A program made the translations under genes and the position numbers. Below the pieces are notes generated by a model. The model did no database searches. It saw nothing but the letters and a program-made list of their open reading frames with translations, and had not been told where the DNA came from. A DNA stretch of 64,000 nt from Nitrospirota bacterium (GTDB lineage Bacteria; Nitrospirota; UBA9217): assembly GCA_963741205.1 (NCBI GenBank), contig CAVUHW010000027.1, forward strand, positions 1-64,000. Direction: 5' to 3'. Numbering within the stretch: the first letter of the stretch is position 1; every line of letters starts with the position of its first letter. Below, piece by piece: positions 38,785 through 49,024 of this stretch.

Positions 38785-39537
38785 ATGAAAATACTGGTTA
38801 TTGACATAGGCGGCAACAGCGTCAAGGTCATCGTCACCGGAGAGACCGATCCGCGGAAGTTCCCCTCGGGACCCACATTGACGCCCCGGCAGATGGTGTC
38901 CGGAGTGCTGAAGATGACCGAGGACTGGAAATATGACGCGGTCTCGATCGGCTACCCGGGACGCGTCCGCGACAACAGGCCGTTCTCGGAACCGGTCAAC
39001 CTCGGACGCGGGTGGGTTAAGTTCGATTATGCAAAGGCCTTCGGCGTTCCTGTCAAAGTGATAAACGATGCCGCCATGCAGGCTTTGGGAAGCTATAAGA
39101 GCGGAACGATGATGTTCCTCGGCCTCGGGACCGGGCTTGGCACGGCCCTGGTCGTGGACGGCACGGTGGTGCCCATGGAACTCGGACACCTTTCCTACAA
39201 GCAGGGCACCTACGAAGACTATGTGGGGCTCAAGGGCCTCGAACGGCTGGGCATAAAGAAGTGGCGTGTCTTCGTCCGGGAGGTGGTTGCCCGGTTTATC
39301 CCCGCCCTTGAGCTCGACGATATGGTTATTGGCGGAGGCAACGTCAATAAACTGGACAAGCTGCCGCCCGGCTGCCGAGCCGGGGACAACGCCCTTGCTT
39401 TCCGCGGCGGATTCCTCCTCTGGGAAAAGTCCGGTGAACGAAAGCCGTATGCCCGGACAAGGAGAAGTTCTCAGCCGCAACGGGCCGAAAGGGCCAGCAG
39501 GAGAAGAACGTCGGCACACCGCAAGAGCTCACGGTAA
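38785..39537 (+). CDS. ROK-family / polyphosphate glucokinase-like sugar kinase
   Basis: VIDIGGNSVK, VSIGYPG, INDAAMQALG, GLGTGLG, MELGH, VIGGGN. Confidence 0.85.
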   Translation: MKILVIDIGGNSVKVIVTGETDPRKFPSGPTLTPRQMVSGVLKMTEDWKYDAVSIGYPGRVRDNRPFSEPVNLGRGWVKFDYAKAFGVPVKVINDAAMQALGSYKSGTMMFLGLGTGLGTALVVDGTVVPMELGHLSYKQGTYEDYVGLKGLERLGIKKWRVFVREVVARFIPALELDDMVIGGGNVNKLDKLPPGCRAGDNALAFRGGFLLWEKSGERKPYARTRRSSQPQRAERASRRRTSAHRKSSR

Positions 39538-39612
39538 GGCCCCGTCGCAGTGTCGTGATGCGAGTCGGCCGCTTCACATACAGATGATCGGGAGACCAGG
39601 AGAGAAAGCTGT

Positions 39613-41205
39613 ATGGATGATATCAGAACATTGCTCGAGACGCAGCCGTTATTTTCACTTTTTCTGACGATCGCCCTCGGCTATCTGGTAGGCGAGATCA
39701 ACATCAAGGGTTTTTCCCTCGGCGCAGGCGCTGTGCTCTTCGTCGGTCTGGTAGTAGGCGGTTTTGCCCCGAAAGCTACCGCGCCGGCGCTAGTTGGCAC
39801 TCTGGGGCTGCTGCTCTTTCTGTACGGCGTCGGCATCCAGTACGGCGGACAGTTCTTCAGGGGCCTGACCAGCGCTGAGGGCCTCAAGGCCAACGCCGCG
39901 GCTGCTTTCGGAGTGATCGGCGCCGGCTGCGTATCCCTGGCGCTCGTTCCCTTGACAGGCATTCGGGTCGACGAGACGCTCGGCCTCTTTGCCGGATCAG
40001 GGACCAGTACCGCGGCACTGCAGGCGATCATGGCTGCTCTAAAGACGGATGGCGCCGCGGTCGGCTACAGTGTGACCTATCCATTCGGTGTTGCGGGGCC
40101 TATCCTGTGCATGTATGCGCTCAACGCATGGCTCAAACCGAAAATCGAACAGCCTGCTGCGCAGCAGATCGACACTGCGGAGATCGCGCTCCGCAATCCC
40201 GCGTTCGTCAACCTCCGTTTCCCCGAACTCATCGCCAAACTGCCGGCAGGCGTCGCGATCGCGGCAGTGCGCAGAAAAGACCGAAATGAGCTTCCCTCCG
40301 ACAGCCTGGTGCTGGGTCAGGATGATGTTCTTCTCGCAACGGGCACAGACAAGGCGGCGTTGCAGCAGGCCGTCTCCCTGCTGGGAGAGCTTCAGACCGG
40401 AAGCATCGCCGGCGACCGTCAGGACCTGGACTATATCCGGGTGTTCGTGTCGAAACGCAGCGCCGTGGGACGCACCATCGGCGACCTGCAATTCCCGGCG
40501 GACATGACCTGCTCGATCGTCCAGGTCCGGCGCGGAGACAGCGATCTGCTGCCGAGCCCGGACCTTATCCTGGAAGTAGGAGACCGTGTCGGCGTATTCG
40601 TGAACCGATCCAAGATCAAGACCGTTCGCGCCTTCTTCGGCGACTCGATAAAGGGGACTGCGGACTTCAGTTATATTTCGATCGGGATCGGCGCCGCGCT
40701 CGGTCTTTTAGTCGGATTGATTCCTCTGCCCGTTCCCGGCCTGGGCAAATTTACGCTGGGTCTGGCCGGCCTGCTTCTTCTCGCACTGTACCTCGGAAAG
40801 ATCAGGCGAACAGGCCCCATTGTCTGGACCATGCCCCTGTCGGCCAACCTCGTACTGAGAAACTTCGGGCTGACCATCTTTCTGGCCCAGGTCGGCATGG
40901 CCTCGGGACCCAAGTTCTTTACCACCATCGGCACGGCCGGGCCTGTCTTTCTGCTGTACGGCGTTATCATCTTGCTGTCGCTGGTCCTGCTCACTGCGTT
41001 CTTCAGTCTCTGGGTGTTCCGCCTCCCGTTCGATACTGTCCTGGGGGTGATATCGGGCGCCACAGGCAACCCGGCCATTCTTGCTTTTGCCAGCCGTACC
41101 GCGCCGACCGACCGGCCTGATGTCGGCTACGCGATGATCTTTCCCTCGATGACCGTTCTGAAGATACTGTTCGTTCAGATCGCTGCCGTACTGGTCGGGG
41201 GGTAG
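39613..41205 (+). CDS. AspT/YidE/YbjL family transporter with two TrkA-C domains
   Basis: LGAGAVLFVGL, GYSVTYPFG, duplicated TM halves around TrkA-C domains, GATGNPAIL. Confidence 0.9.
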   Translation: MDDIRTLLETQPLFSLFLTIALGYLVGEINIKGFSLGAGAVLFVGLVVGGFAPKATAPALVGTLGLLLFLYGVGIQYGGQFFRGLTSAEGLKANAAAAFGVIGAGCVSLALVPLTGIRVDETLGLFAGSGTSTAALQAIMAALKTDGAAVGYSVTYPFGVAGPILCMYALNAWLKPKIEQPAAQQIDTAEIALRNPAFVNLRFPELIAKLPAGVAIAAVRRKDRNELPSDSLVLGQDDVLLATGTDKAALQQAVSLLGELQTGSIAGDRQDLDYIRVFVSKRSAVGRTIGDLQFPADMTCSIVQVRRGDSDLLPSPDLILEVGDRVGVFVNRSKIKTVRAFFGDSIKGTADFSYISIGIGAALGLLVGLIPLPVPGLGKFTLGLAGLLLLALYLGKIRRTGPIVWTMPLSANLVLRNFGLTIFLAQVGMASGPKFFTTIGTAGPVFLLYGVIILLSLVLLTAFFSLWVFRLPFDTVLGVISGATGNPAILAFASRTAPTDRPDVGYAMIFPSMTVLKILFVQIAAVLVGG

Positions 41206-41262
41206 ATCGGGTGTCTCTCGGGGAGCAGCATCAGAGACCAAACGCTCGAAAGGAGAATAGAA

Positions 41263-42265
41263 ATGAATGTCGCCCTATTCAGCGCCAAGCGCTATGACCG
41301 TGAGTTCATGGACGCGGCCAATACCTCTGCCGGTCACCGGATCACCTACTTCGAAGTGCCGCTGGAGCGGGAAACAGCCGCGCTGGCTGCCGACTACGAT
41401 GCCGTATGCATCTTTGTCAATGACAAGGCCGACGCCGATGTGCTTGAAATACTCTCGCGAGGGAAAACGCGCCTGGTCGCCCTGCGCTGCACCGGTTTCA
41501 ATAACGTCGATCTTCAGGCGGCCGCCCGGTTCGGGCTCAAGGTCGTGCGCGTCGTTACGTACTCACCCTACTCGGTCGCTGAACATGCCGTCGCCCTCCT
41601 TCTTGCAATCAACCGCAAGGTTCATCGGGCCTACAACCGGACACGCGATTCCAACTTTGAGCTCGATGGTCTGATGGGATTCGACCTGCACGGCAAGACG
41701 GTCGCCGTAGTCGGGACCGGCAAGATCGGGCGCGTGTTTGCCCGCATCATGCTGGGCTTCGGCTGCGAGGTGATCGGCTACGACAAGTACCCTTCAGCGG
41801 AGTTCGAGGCCTTGGGCGTCCGATACTCGAAACCGGGAGAGATCGGCGACAGGGCCGACATTATCTCCCTGCACTGCCCCCTGACGCCTGAAACTCACCA
41901 CATTATCAATAAGGACACTCTGGCCCGCGCCAAGCGCGGCGCCTTGTTGGTCAATACCAGCCGCGGCGGGCTCGATTGACACCGAAGCGGCGATCGAGGC
42001 CCTCAAGAGCGGGCAGCTCGGCGGCCTGGCCATCGATGTGTATGAGCAGGAGGCCGATCTGTTCTTCCGCGACCTGTCAAGCATGATCATTCCCGACGAC
42101 GTTTTCCAGCGGCTCCTCGCCTTTCCGAATGTCATTGTCACCGGGCATCAGGCATTTTTTACCCGGGAGGCGGTCTCGACCATCTGTGAGACCACAATCA
42201 AAAGCGTCAGCGAATTTGCCGCAGGGCAGCCGCTGTCCAATGAGATCAAGGCGCAACCGTCCTGA
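41263..42265 (+). CDS. ldhA: Fermentative D-lactate dehydrogenase (one extra base near 41973)
   Basis: [53 protein letters not shown]. Confidence 0.92.
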
Positions 42266-42364
42266 CCTCCCTTCGGGACAGGTTTCGCCGATGGGAAGCA
42301 CCGGTTTCGTGATGTTGGGCCAAAGTCACAGCGTGATTTTATTCATTGATGAACGGAGGTATCT

Positions 42365-43390
42365 ATGCCAGTAGCAGATTATGCCAAGTACTGCGAAATG
42401 CTCGATCGGGCGCGGAAGGGAAAGTTCGCCTATCCCGCCATCAACGTGACGTCTCTCACGACGGCCAATGCCGTCCTCAAGGGGCTGGCCGAGAGCAGGA
42501 GCGACGGGATCATCCAGGTATCGACGGGCGGCGCCGCGTTCGCATCGGGCGCCGCGGTGAAGGACATGGCGCTCGGCGCCATCTCGATCGCCGAACATGT
42601 CCACCGCGCGGCGGAACGGTACCCGATCTATGTGGCGCTGCATACAGACCATTGCCAGGCGGACAAGCTGGACTCGTTCGTGATCCCCCTCGTGGAGGAG
42701 ACCGAGCGGCGAAGGGCGGCAGGGAAACCGAACCTGTTCAACAGCCATATGTTCGACGGCAGCGCCTTGCCTTTAAAGGAAAATCTCGATATCGCGAAGA
42801 AACTGCTCGAACGGTTCCGGAAGAACGATCTGATCCTTGAGATCGAGGCCGGGGTCGTGGGAGGGGAGGAGGACGGCATCAAGGCGAGCGCCGCTGCGAA
42901 GCTTTACACCACGCCCGAGGACACCCTGGAGGTCGCAGATCGACTGAACACGGTGCAAGGCGCCCGCTACCTGCTCGCAGCCACCTTCGGAAACGTACAC
43001 GGCGTGTACAAGCCCGGCCATGTCAAGCTCAAGCCTTCCATCCTGAAGGACTGCCAGGATGCCGTCGTCAGCAAGTACGGCGAAGCAGCGCGGTTTTACC
43101 TCGTCTTCCATGGCGGCTCGGGTTCGGAGCTCCGTGATATCCACGAAGCCCTGGATTACGGCGTGGTGAAGATGAACATCGATACCGACACTCAATATGC
43201 CTTTACCCGCGCCATCGCCGACCACTTCTTTAAAAACTATGACGGTGTCCTCAAGGTGGACGGAGAGGTGGGTAATAAGAAGGCCTATGATCCGCGCTCC
43301 TATCTGGCGCTTGCCGAGACGGCCCTGGCGGAGCGGGTCAAACAGGCAGTGAACGAGCTGAGGGCTGTTGGAACGACGATGATGAAATGA
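42365..43390 (+). CDS. fbaA: Class II fructose-bisphosphate aldolase
   Basis: ALHTDHC, SHMFDGS, GGEEDG, FGNVHGVYKPG, VFHGGSGS, KMNIDTD. Confidence 0.96.
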   Translation: MPVADYAKYCEMLDRARKGKFAYPAINVTSLTTANAVLKGLAESRSDGIIQVSTGGAAFASGAAVKDMALGAISIAEHVHRAAERYPIYVALHTDHCQADKLDSFVIPLVEETERRRAAGKPNLFNSHMFDGSALPLKENLDIAKKLLERFRKNDLILEIEAGVVGGEEDGIKASAAAKLYTTPEDTLEVADRLNTVQGARYLLAATFGNVHGVYKPGHVKLKPSILKDCQDAVVSKYGEAARFYLVFHGGSGSELRDIHEALDYGVVKMNIDTDTQYAFTRAIADHFFKNYDGVLKVDGEVGNKKAYDPRSYLALAETALAERVKQAVNELRAVGTTMMK

Positions 43391-43408
43391 AGAAAGAGGA
43401 GATCTCCT

Positions 43409-44697
43409 ATGCCCGACGATGATCTCGATTTCACGACGAGCGGCTTGGTGAATGCCGTATCCCGTCACCGATGTCCGGCGTCCGCTTCACCCGCGACGAT
43501 GAGCGCGTGCTCTATCACGCCCAGCTTAAGGACATGAAAGCATGGATCGGGAAGAATGCCGATCCTCCGTCCATGGAGGCGGCTGGGCCGAGAGAAAAGA
43601 TATTCTTCGATCCGTCGAAGCTCGCCTGCGGGATCGTGACCTGCGGCGGGCTCTGTCCCGGTCTGAACGACGTGATACGGTCGATCGTCCTCAGCCTGTA
43701 CCATCATTACGGAGTGAAGAAGGTCTACGGGTTCCGCTTCGGCTATGAGGGACTTGTGCAGAGGATCGGACACAAACCGCTCGAACTGACGCCCGACGCA
43801 GTCAACCGGATCCATGAGATCGGCGGAACGGTCCTGGGCTCCTCGCGCGGGCCTCAGGACCCTGCGGAGATGGCCAGGACACTTGCAGACCTGAAGGTCG
43901 GCATCCTCTTCGCCATCGGCGGAGACGGGACGCTCCGCGGGGCGCAGAAGATCGCCGAGGAAGCGGGGCGGCAGGGATTGGCACTCAGTGTCATCGGCAT
44001 CCCGAAGACCATCGACAACGATGTCTCCTATGTGCAAAAGACCTTCGGCTTCGAGACCGCGGTCAGCGAGGCAAGGCGCGCGACCTATGCGGCCAACATC
44101 GAGGCAGAGTCGGCGCGAAACGGCATCGGACTGGTGAAGCTCATGGGCCGCGACTCCGGGTTCATCGCTGCCTATTCGGTCCTGGCTGACAGCCAGGTGA
44201 ACTTCTGTCTTGTTCCCGAGGTCCCGTTCACCCTTGAGAGGTTTCTCGCTGAACTGAAGCAGCGGCTCGAACGGAGGGGCCACGCAGTCATCGTTGTTGC
44301 TGAAGGAGCCGGCCAGGACCTGATGGAGAAGACGGCAGAGCGCGATGCTTCGGGGAACATCAAGTATGGCGATATCGGGATCTTTCTCCGCGACAGCATC
44401 AAGGACCACTTCAAGCGGATCGGCATGGAGATAAGCCTCAAGTACATCGACCCGAGCTACATGATCAGGAGCGTGCCGGCGAACCCTCATGACTCGGCCT
44501 TCTGTCTGCTCCTGGGGCATAGCGCCGTGCATGCCGGGATGAGCGGCAGGACGAACATGGTCGTCAGCTTCTGGAACCACCAGTTCACCCATGTGCCCAT
44601 CTCTCTTGCTGTGTCGCAGCGCAAGAAGATCGACCCCGAGGGAGTGCTCTGGAGCAGCGTGCTCTCGTCGACCGGACAGCCGGCGGATATGCGGTGA
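43409..44697 (+). CDS. pfkA: ATP-dependent 6-phosphofructokinase (group X type; probable indel near 43440)
   Basis: VTCGGLCPGLN, GGDGT (Gly at this position indicates ATP use), PKTIDND, LMGRDSG, YIDPSY. Confidence 0.92.
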
Positions 44698-44771
44698 GGA
44701 GTATGAGCAGAGTGTTGAAATGGTTTTCTCAACATCGGATGAAAAGTCATAACAAAGGGGAATGATGATCC

Positions 44772-46856
44772 ATGTCAAAGAGCCTGTACATCACAAGCCT
44801 TGAGCCCCGGGGCGGCAAGACAATCGTGGCGCTTGGTTTCATGGAACAGCTCTCCGGCCGGCTCAAGAGTGTGGCCGTGTTCAGGCCCGTCATCGCAGAA
44901 GGCGGAGGTCCGGACCAGTTCATCACGCTCATGACGAAACAATACGATCTGACCTTCCCCTCTGAAGACCAGTACGGGGTCACGATGGAGACGGCTTTGT
45001 CGCTCCTTGCCGCGGGCAAGTACGATGAGCTGTACACCCGCATCCTGGAACGATACAAGGCCCTTGAGAGCAGGTGCGACGCTGTCCTCTGCGTGGGTAC
45101 CGATTACACGGGAGTGTCGGCGGCACTGGAATTCGACTTTAACGTTGAAGTTGCGCGTAACCTCGGTTCAACCCTCGTGCCCATCATCAACGGCCGGGGC
45201 AAGGACCCTGGCGTTCTCGGTCGCGCCGCGCGGACGCTGCTTGAATCGCTGGAAACCAGGAAATGCGACGTTCTCGCTGTCATCATCAATCGGGTCGAGC
45301 CTGGCAGTCGCGAGGGTATTATTGCCGCACTGAAACAGGGACGTCCGGGCAGCACACCGGTGTATGTGCTTTCCGAAGACCCCCTCCTGGATCGACCGAC
45401 GGTTCGCGATATCAGCCGCGGCCTCAGGGCGGAACTGATCAGTGGAGATGACGCGTGGTTGGACGGAGAAGTCAGGAACGTCAAGATCGCCGCGATGGAG
45501 CTGCCGAACTTCCTCGATCATCTTGAAGAGGGAAGCCTCGTGATCACACCCGGCGACCGGTCCGACATCATCCTCGGCACGCTCGCTGCCGACCGCTCGA
45601 GCAGCTATCCCCGCGTCGCCGGGATGGTATTGACGGGAAACCTTAAACCTGCTCCACAGATACAGAGGATGATCGAGGGACTGAGTTCCTCACCAATGCC
45701 GGTGCTGAGCGTGGCGACGGACACCTTCACAACGGCCATGAACGTGAACAAGGTCCGGCCGACCCTGATGGTCGAGAATAAACGGAAGATCGCTGCGGCC
45801 CTCGGCATCATCGAAGCGAGTGCGGATCTGCCGGGGCTGCTGGAACGCGCAGCGGTAACGCCCTCAGGCCGAATCACGCCGCTCATGTTTCAGTACGAGC
45901 TCATCAGGAGGGCGAAGCAGCAGCGCAGGCACATCGTGCTGCCCGAAGGCTCGGAAGAACGGATCCTCAGGGCGGCGGAAATCATCCTCCTCCGTGATGT
46001 CTGCGACATCACCTTGCTGGGCGATCCCGAAGAGGTGCGGCAAAAGGCGTCCGGACTCGGGCTTTCCCTTGACCGCGCAAAGATCATTGATCCCCGGACC
46101 TCGGAGCTGCTGCCGGCATTTGCGGACGCATATTATGAGCTGCGCAAACATAAAGGAATTTCACGGGAGATGGCGCGCGACACGATGGCTGACGGCAGTT
46201 ACTTCGGCACCATGATGGTGCACCGGGGACTTGCCGACGGCATGGTCTCCGGGTCCATCCACACCACCGCCCACACGATCAGGCCGGCCCTGGAATTCGT
46301 AAAGACGAAACCGGGCATATCGATCGTCTCGAGCGTCTTCTTCATGTGTCTCAGCGACCGGGTGATGGTCTACGGAGACTGCGCTATCGTTCCCGAACCC
46401 ACCGCGGAGCAGCTTGCCGATATCGCGATCAGTTCCGCCGCGACGGCAGGAGCGTTCGGTATCGAGCCCCGGGTCGCCATGCTCTCCTATTCCACCGGGA
46501 AATCGGGGACCGGACCGGACGTCGACCGGGTGAGGGAAGCGACACGAATCGTCCGCGACCGCACTCCGGACCTGAAGGTCGAAGGACCGATCCAGTACGA
46601 CGCCGCTGTCGATGCCACGGTGGCAAAGCTGAAGATGCCGGACAGCGAGGTGGCTGGACACGCCACGGTCTTCATTTTCCCGGACTTGAGCGCCGGCAAC
46701 AACGCCTACAAGGCAGTGCAGCGCGCTGCGAACGCGGTCGCCATCGGCCCGGTGCTCCAGGGGCTCAAGAAACCCGTAAATGACCTGAGCCGGGGAGCAC
46801 TCGTGGCTGACATCGTCAACACGATCGCGATAACGGCGATCCAGGCACAGATGTAA
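44772..46856 (+). CDS. pta: Phosphate acetyltransferase, long form (with DRTGG domain)
   Basis: TPGDRSD, HIVLPEG, GDCA, GPIQYDAA, PVNDLSRG. Confidence 0.96.
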   Translation: MSKSLYITSLEPRGGKTIVALGFMEQLSGRLKSVAVFRPVIAEGGGPDQFITLMTKQYDLTFPSEDQYGVTMETALSLLAAGKYDELYTRILERYKALESRCDAVLCVGTDYTGVSAALEFDFNVEVARNLGSTLVPIINGRGKDPGVLGRAARTLLESLETRKCDVLAVIINRVEPGSREGIIAALKQGRPGSTPVYVLSEDPLLDRPTVRDISRGLRAELISGDDAWLDGEVRNVKIAAMELPNFLDHLEEGSLVITPGDRSDIILGTLAADRSSSYPRVAGMVLTGNLKPAPQIQRMIEGLSSSPMPVLSVATDTFTTAMNVNKVRPTLMVENKRKIAAALGIIEASADLPGLLERAAVTPSGRITPLMFQYELIRRAKQQRRHIVLPEGSEERILRAAEIILLRDVCDITLLGDPEEVRQKASGLGLSLDRAKIIDPRTSELLPAFADAYYELRKHKGISREMARDTMADGSYFGTMMVHRGLADGMVSGSIHTTAHTIRPALEFVKTKPGISIVSSVFFMCLSDRVMVYGDCAIVPEPTAEQLADIAISSAATAGAFGIEPRVAMLSYSTGKSGTGPDVDRVREATRIVRDRTPDLKVEGPIQYDAAVDATVAKLKMPDSEVAGHATVFIFPDLSAGNNAYKAVQRAANAVAIGPVLQGLKKPVNDLSRGALVADIVNTIAITAIQAQM

Positions 46857-46881
46857 GGCAAATGCAAGTGCAAGGCGAATT

Positions 46882-47006
46882 TACCACGGAGGCACACCCT
46901 GCACTCGCGGTTCCACTCGTAAGCGCTGGGTGCAGGCAGAGGGCACGGAGGAGAGGCAACTTTCTAATGAGTCCGTTTTTCTCTGTGTCTCCGTGTCTCC
47001 GTGGTA
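46882..47006. repeat. CACGGAG-type inverted-repeat element carrying a nested 44-bp hairpin (46895-46938)
   Basis: Termini taccacggag / ctccgtggta; right arm ctctgtgtctccgtgtctccgtggta; the left arm is interrupted by ca-ccctgcac..gtgcagg-ca. Confidence 0.8.
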
Positions 47007-47061
47007 GAAGTGGTCTTTCGATCCTTGCTCTCTTGTTCAATACGAAAGGTCGAACCATCTC

Positions 47062-48285
47062 ATGAAAGTAGCTGTAATCAACAGCGGCAGCTCTTCCATC
47101 AAGTATGAAGTCTTCGATGCAGGAGACTTCTCAATGCTCGCGGCCGGCCTGATCGAAAAGATTGGAGGCGCGGACGGCCGACTGCGACAGCGGCGGCTGA
47201 AGGCTGACGGCACGTTTGATGAACAGATCCACAATGCGCCCCTGGCAAGCCACCGGGAGGCATTCGCCCTCATGGCGAGCGTGAATCAACTCAACCGGAT
47301 CATCAAGGACGATACAGAACTCCTCGGCATCGGTCATCGCGTTGTGCATGGAGGCGAGACATTCCGCGAGCCGGCGCTGATCAATGACGAGGTCATTGCC
47401 GCAATCCGCAAGCTCATTCCCCTTGCGCCGCTGCACAACCCCTCCAATCTCCTCGGCATCGAAGCGGCTCAAGAACGGTTTCCCGGCGTCCCGCAGGCGG
47501 CGGTCTTCGACACGGCGTTCCACCACACGCTGCCGCCCGCCGCTTATTGTTATGCCCTGCCGCGCGAGCTCTATGAGAATCACCACGTCCGCAAGTACGG
47601 CTTTCACGGGTCATCGCACGGGTACGTTGCAAAAGAAGCGGCAAAGTATCTTGGCAAGCCGCTCTCCGAGGTGAATCTCATCATTCTGCATCTCGGCAAC
47701 GGAGCAAGCGCTGCAGCCGTTCAGGGAGGCAGGAGCATTGACACCTCCATGGGCATGACCCCCCTGGAGGGTCTTGTCATGGGCACACGATGCGGAGATA
47801 TCGACCCGTCGATTCCCTTCTACCTCATGCGCCAAACGGGGATGAAACCGGAGAACGTGGAAAATCTGCTGAACCGGGAGAGCGGGCTCAAGGGGGTCTG
47901 TGGCGTGAGCGACATGCGGGAGATCCTTGGCCAGGCTTCGAAAGGAAATGAACGGGCCGAACTGGCAATCGAAATGTTCTGTTACCGTATCAAGAAGTAT
48001 ATCGGCGCCTATTACGCCGTCCTCGGAAGGCTGGACGCTGTCGTGTTCACCGGCGGCATCGGAGAGAACGCTTCAGCCATCAGACAGCGGGCATGCGAAG
48101 GACTGAGGCACATCGGGATCGCTGTCGATCACGTGAAGAACAGCGCGGTTGCAGGAAACATATCTGAAATACAGAACGATGGCCAGCCGGTGAGAATTCT
48201 CGTTGTCAGGACAAACGAGGAGCGCGAGATTGCGCAACAGACCGTAAGCGCGATCGAAAAGGCGAAAGGGAAGGGTCGATCGTAG
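47062..48285 (+). CDS. ackA: Acetate kinase
   Basis: INSGSSSIK, GHRVVHGG, APLHNP, FDTAFH, HLGNGAS, FTGGIGEN, TNEE. Confidence 0.97.
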   Translation: MKVAVINSGSSSIKYEVFDAGDFSMLAAGLIEKIGGADGRLRQRRLKADGTFDEQIHNAPLASHREAFALMASVNQLNRIIKDDTELLGIGHRVVHGGETFREPALINDEVIAAIRKLIPLAPLHNPSNLLGIEAAQERFPGVPQAAVFDTAFHHTLPPAAYCYALPRELYENHHVRKYGFHGSSHGYVAKEAAKYLGKPLSEVNLIILHLGNGASAAAVQGGRSIDTSMGMTPLEGLVMGTRCGDIDPSIPFYLMRQTGMKPENVENLLNRESGLKGVCGVSDMREILGQASKGNERAELAIEMFCYRIKKYIGAYYAVLGRLDAVVFTGGIGENASAIRQRACEGLRHIGIAVDHVKNSAVAGNISEIQNDGQPVRILVVRTNEEREIAQQTVSAIEKAKGKGRS

Positions 48286-48316
48286 CTGAGCAAATGCGAT
48301 GATGCATACCACAAGA

Positions 48317-48403
48317 CGTCATCCCCGAAGGCTCTTATCGGGGATCCAGGATTGAAAGAGGACGAAACTGGATTCCCGCTCAGAAGCGCCGCGTGGAATG
48401 ACG
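48317..48403. repeat. GTCATCCC..GGAATGAC REP-like composite palindrome, copy B
   Basis: cgtcatccccgaaggctcttatcggggatccagg..ctggattcccgc..gcgtggaatgacg. Confidence 0.8.
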
Positions 48404-48426
48404 GATATGAGGCAGGTTTACTGATC

Positions 48427-49009
48427 ATGGAGAAAAATCAACATCGCGAACTACCTTGTTACAGAACGTCTCCGGGACGGGCGAACGGTGACGATCCGCG
48501 CCATACGACCCGATGACAAAGGCCGCATGGCCGACGTTCTCCGCGAATTGAGTCCCGAGTCCCTGTACCGGAGGACGTTTTCCGCAAAGAGGGACCTGAG
48601 CAGTGAGGAATTGAAACGTTTGACAGAGGTCGACTTCGTAAACGTCGTCGCCCTCGTCGCGGTCATGAACGAAAAGGACGGGGACAAGGTAGTGGGAGGC
48701 GGGCGGTACATCCGGACCGGGGAATCCGGTGCGGCAGCAAAAGCGGAGGTCGCATTCCTCATTGATGACGCGCACCAGGGACTCGGGATCGGATCGCGCA
48801 TCTTCAAGCACCTGGTCACGATCGCCCGCGCCTCAGGGATCACGCATTTTGAAGCAGAGGTGCTCCCTTCGAACGACGGGATGATGAGGTTGTTCACACG
48901 CAGCGGTCTCCCGGTGGTCAAGACCATGACGAGGGATTCCGTCCATGTAACGATCGATTTGAACTCTCCGGAAACTTCTCATGATAGCGAACAGGCAAAG
49001 ACCAAATGA
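48427..49009 (+). CDS. Stand-alone GNAT acetyltransferase (Pat/Pka GNAT-domain-like); probable indel in the A-run near 48433
   Basis: LRDGRTVTIRAIRPDD, LSPESLYRR, AEVAFLIDDAHQGLGIG, AEVLPSN. Confidence 0.85.
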
Positions 49010-49024
49010 TTCAGGAGGAAAGAC

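Noticed and set aside
41970-41985. In-frame TGA in ldhA as selenocysteine or readthrough
   Set aside because: The downstream sequence ([10 protein letters not shown]) continues in a different frame, so this is an extra base, not recoding.
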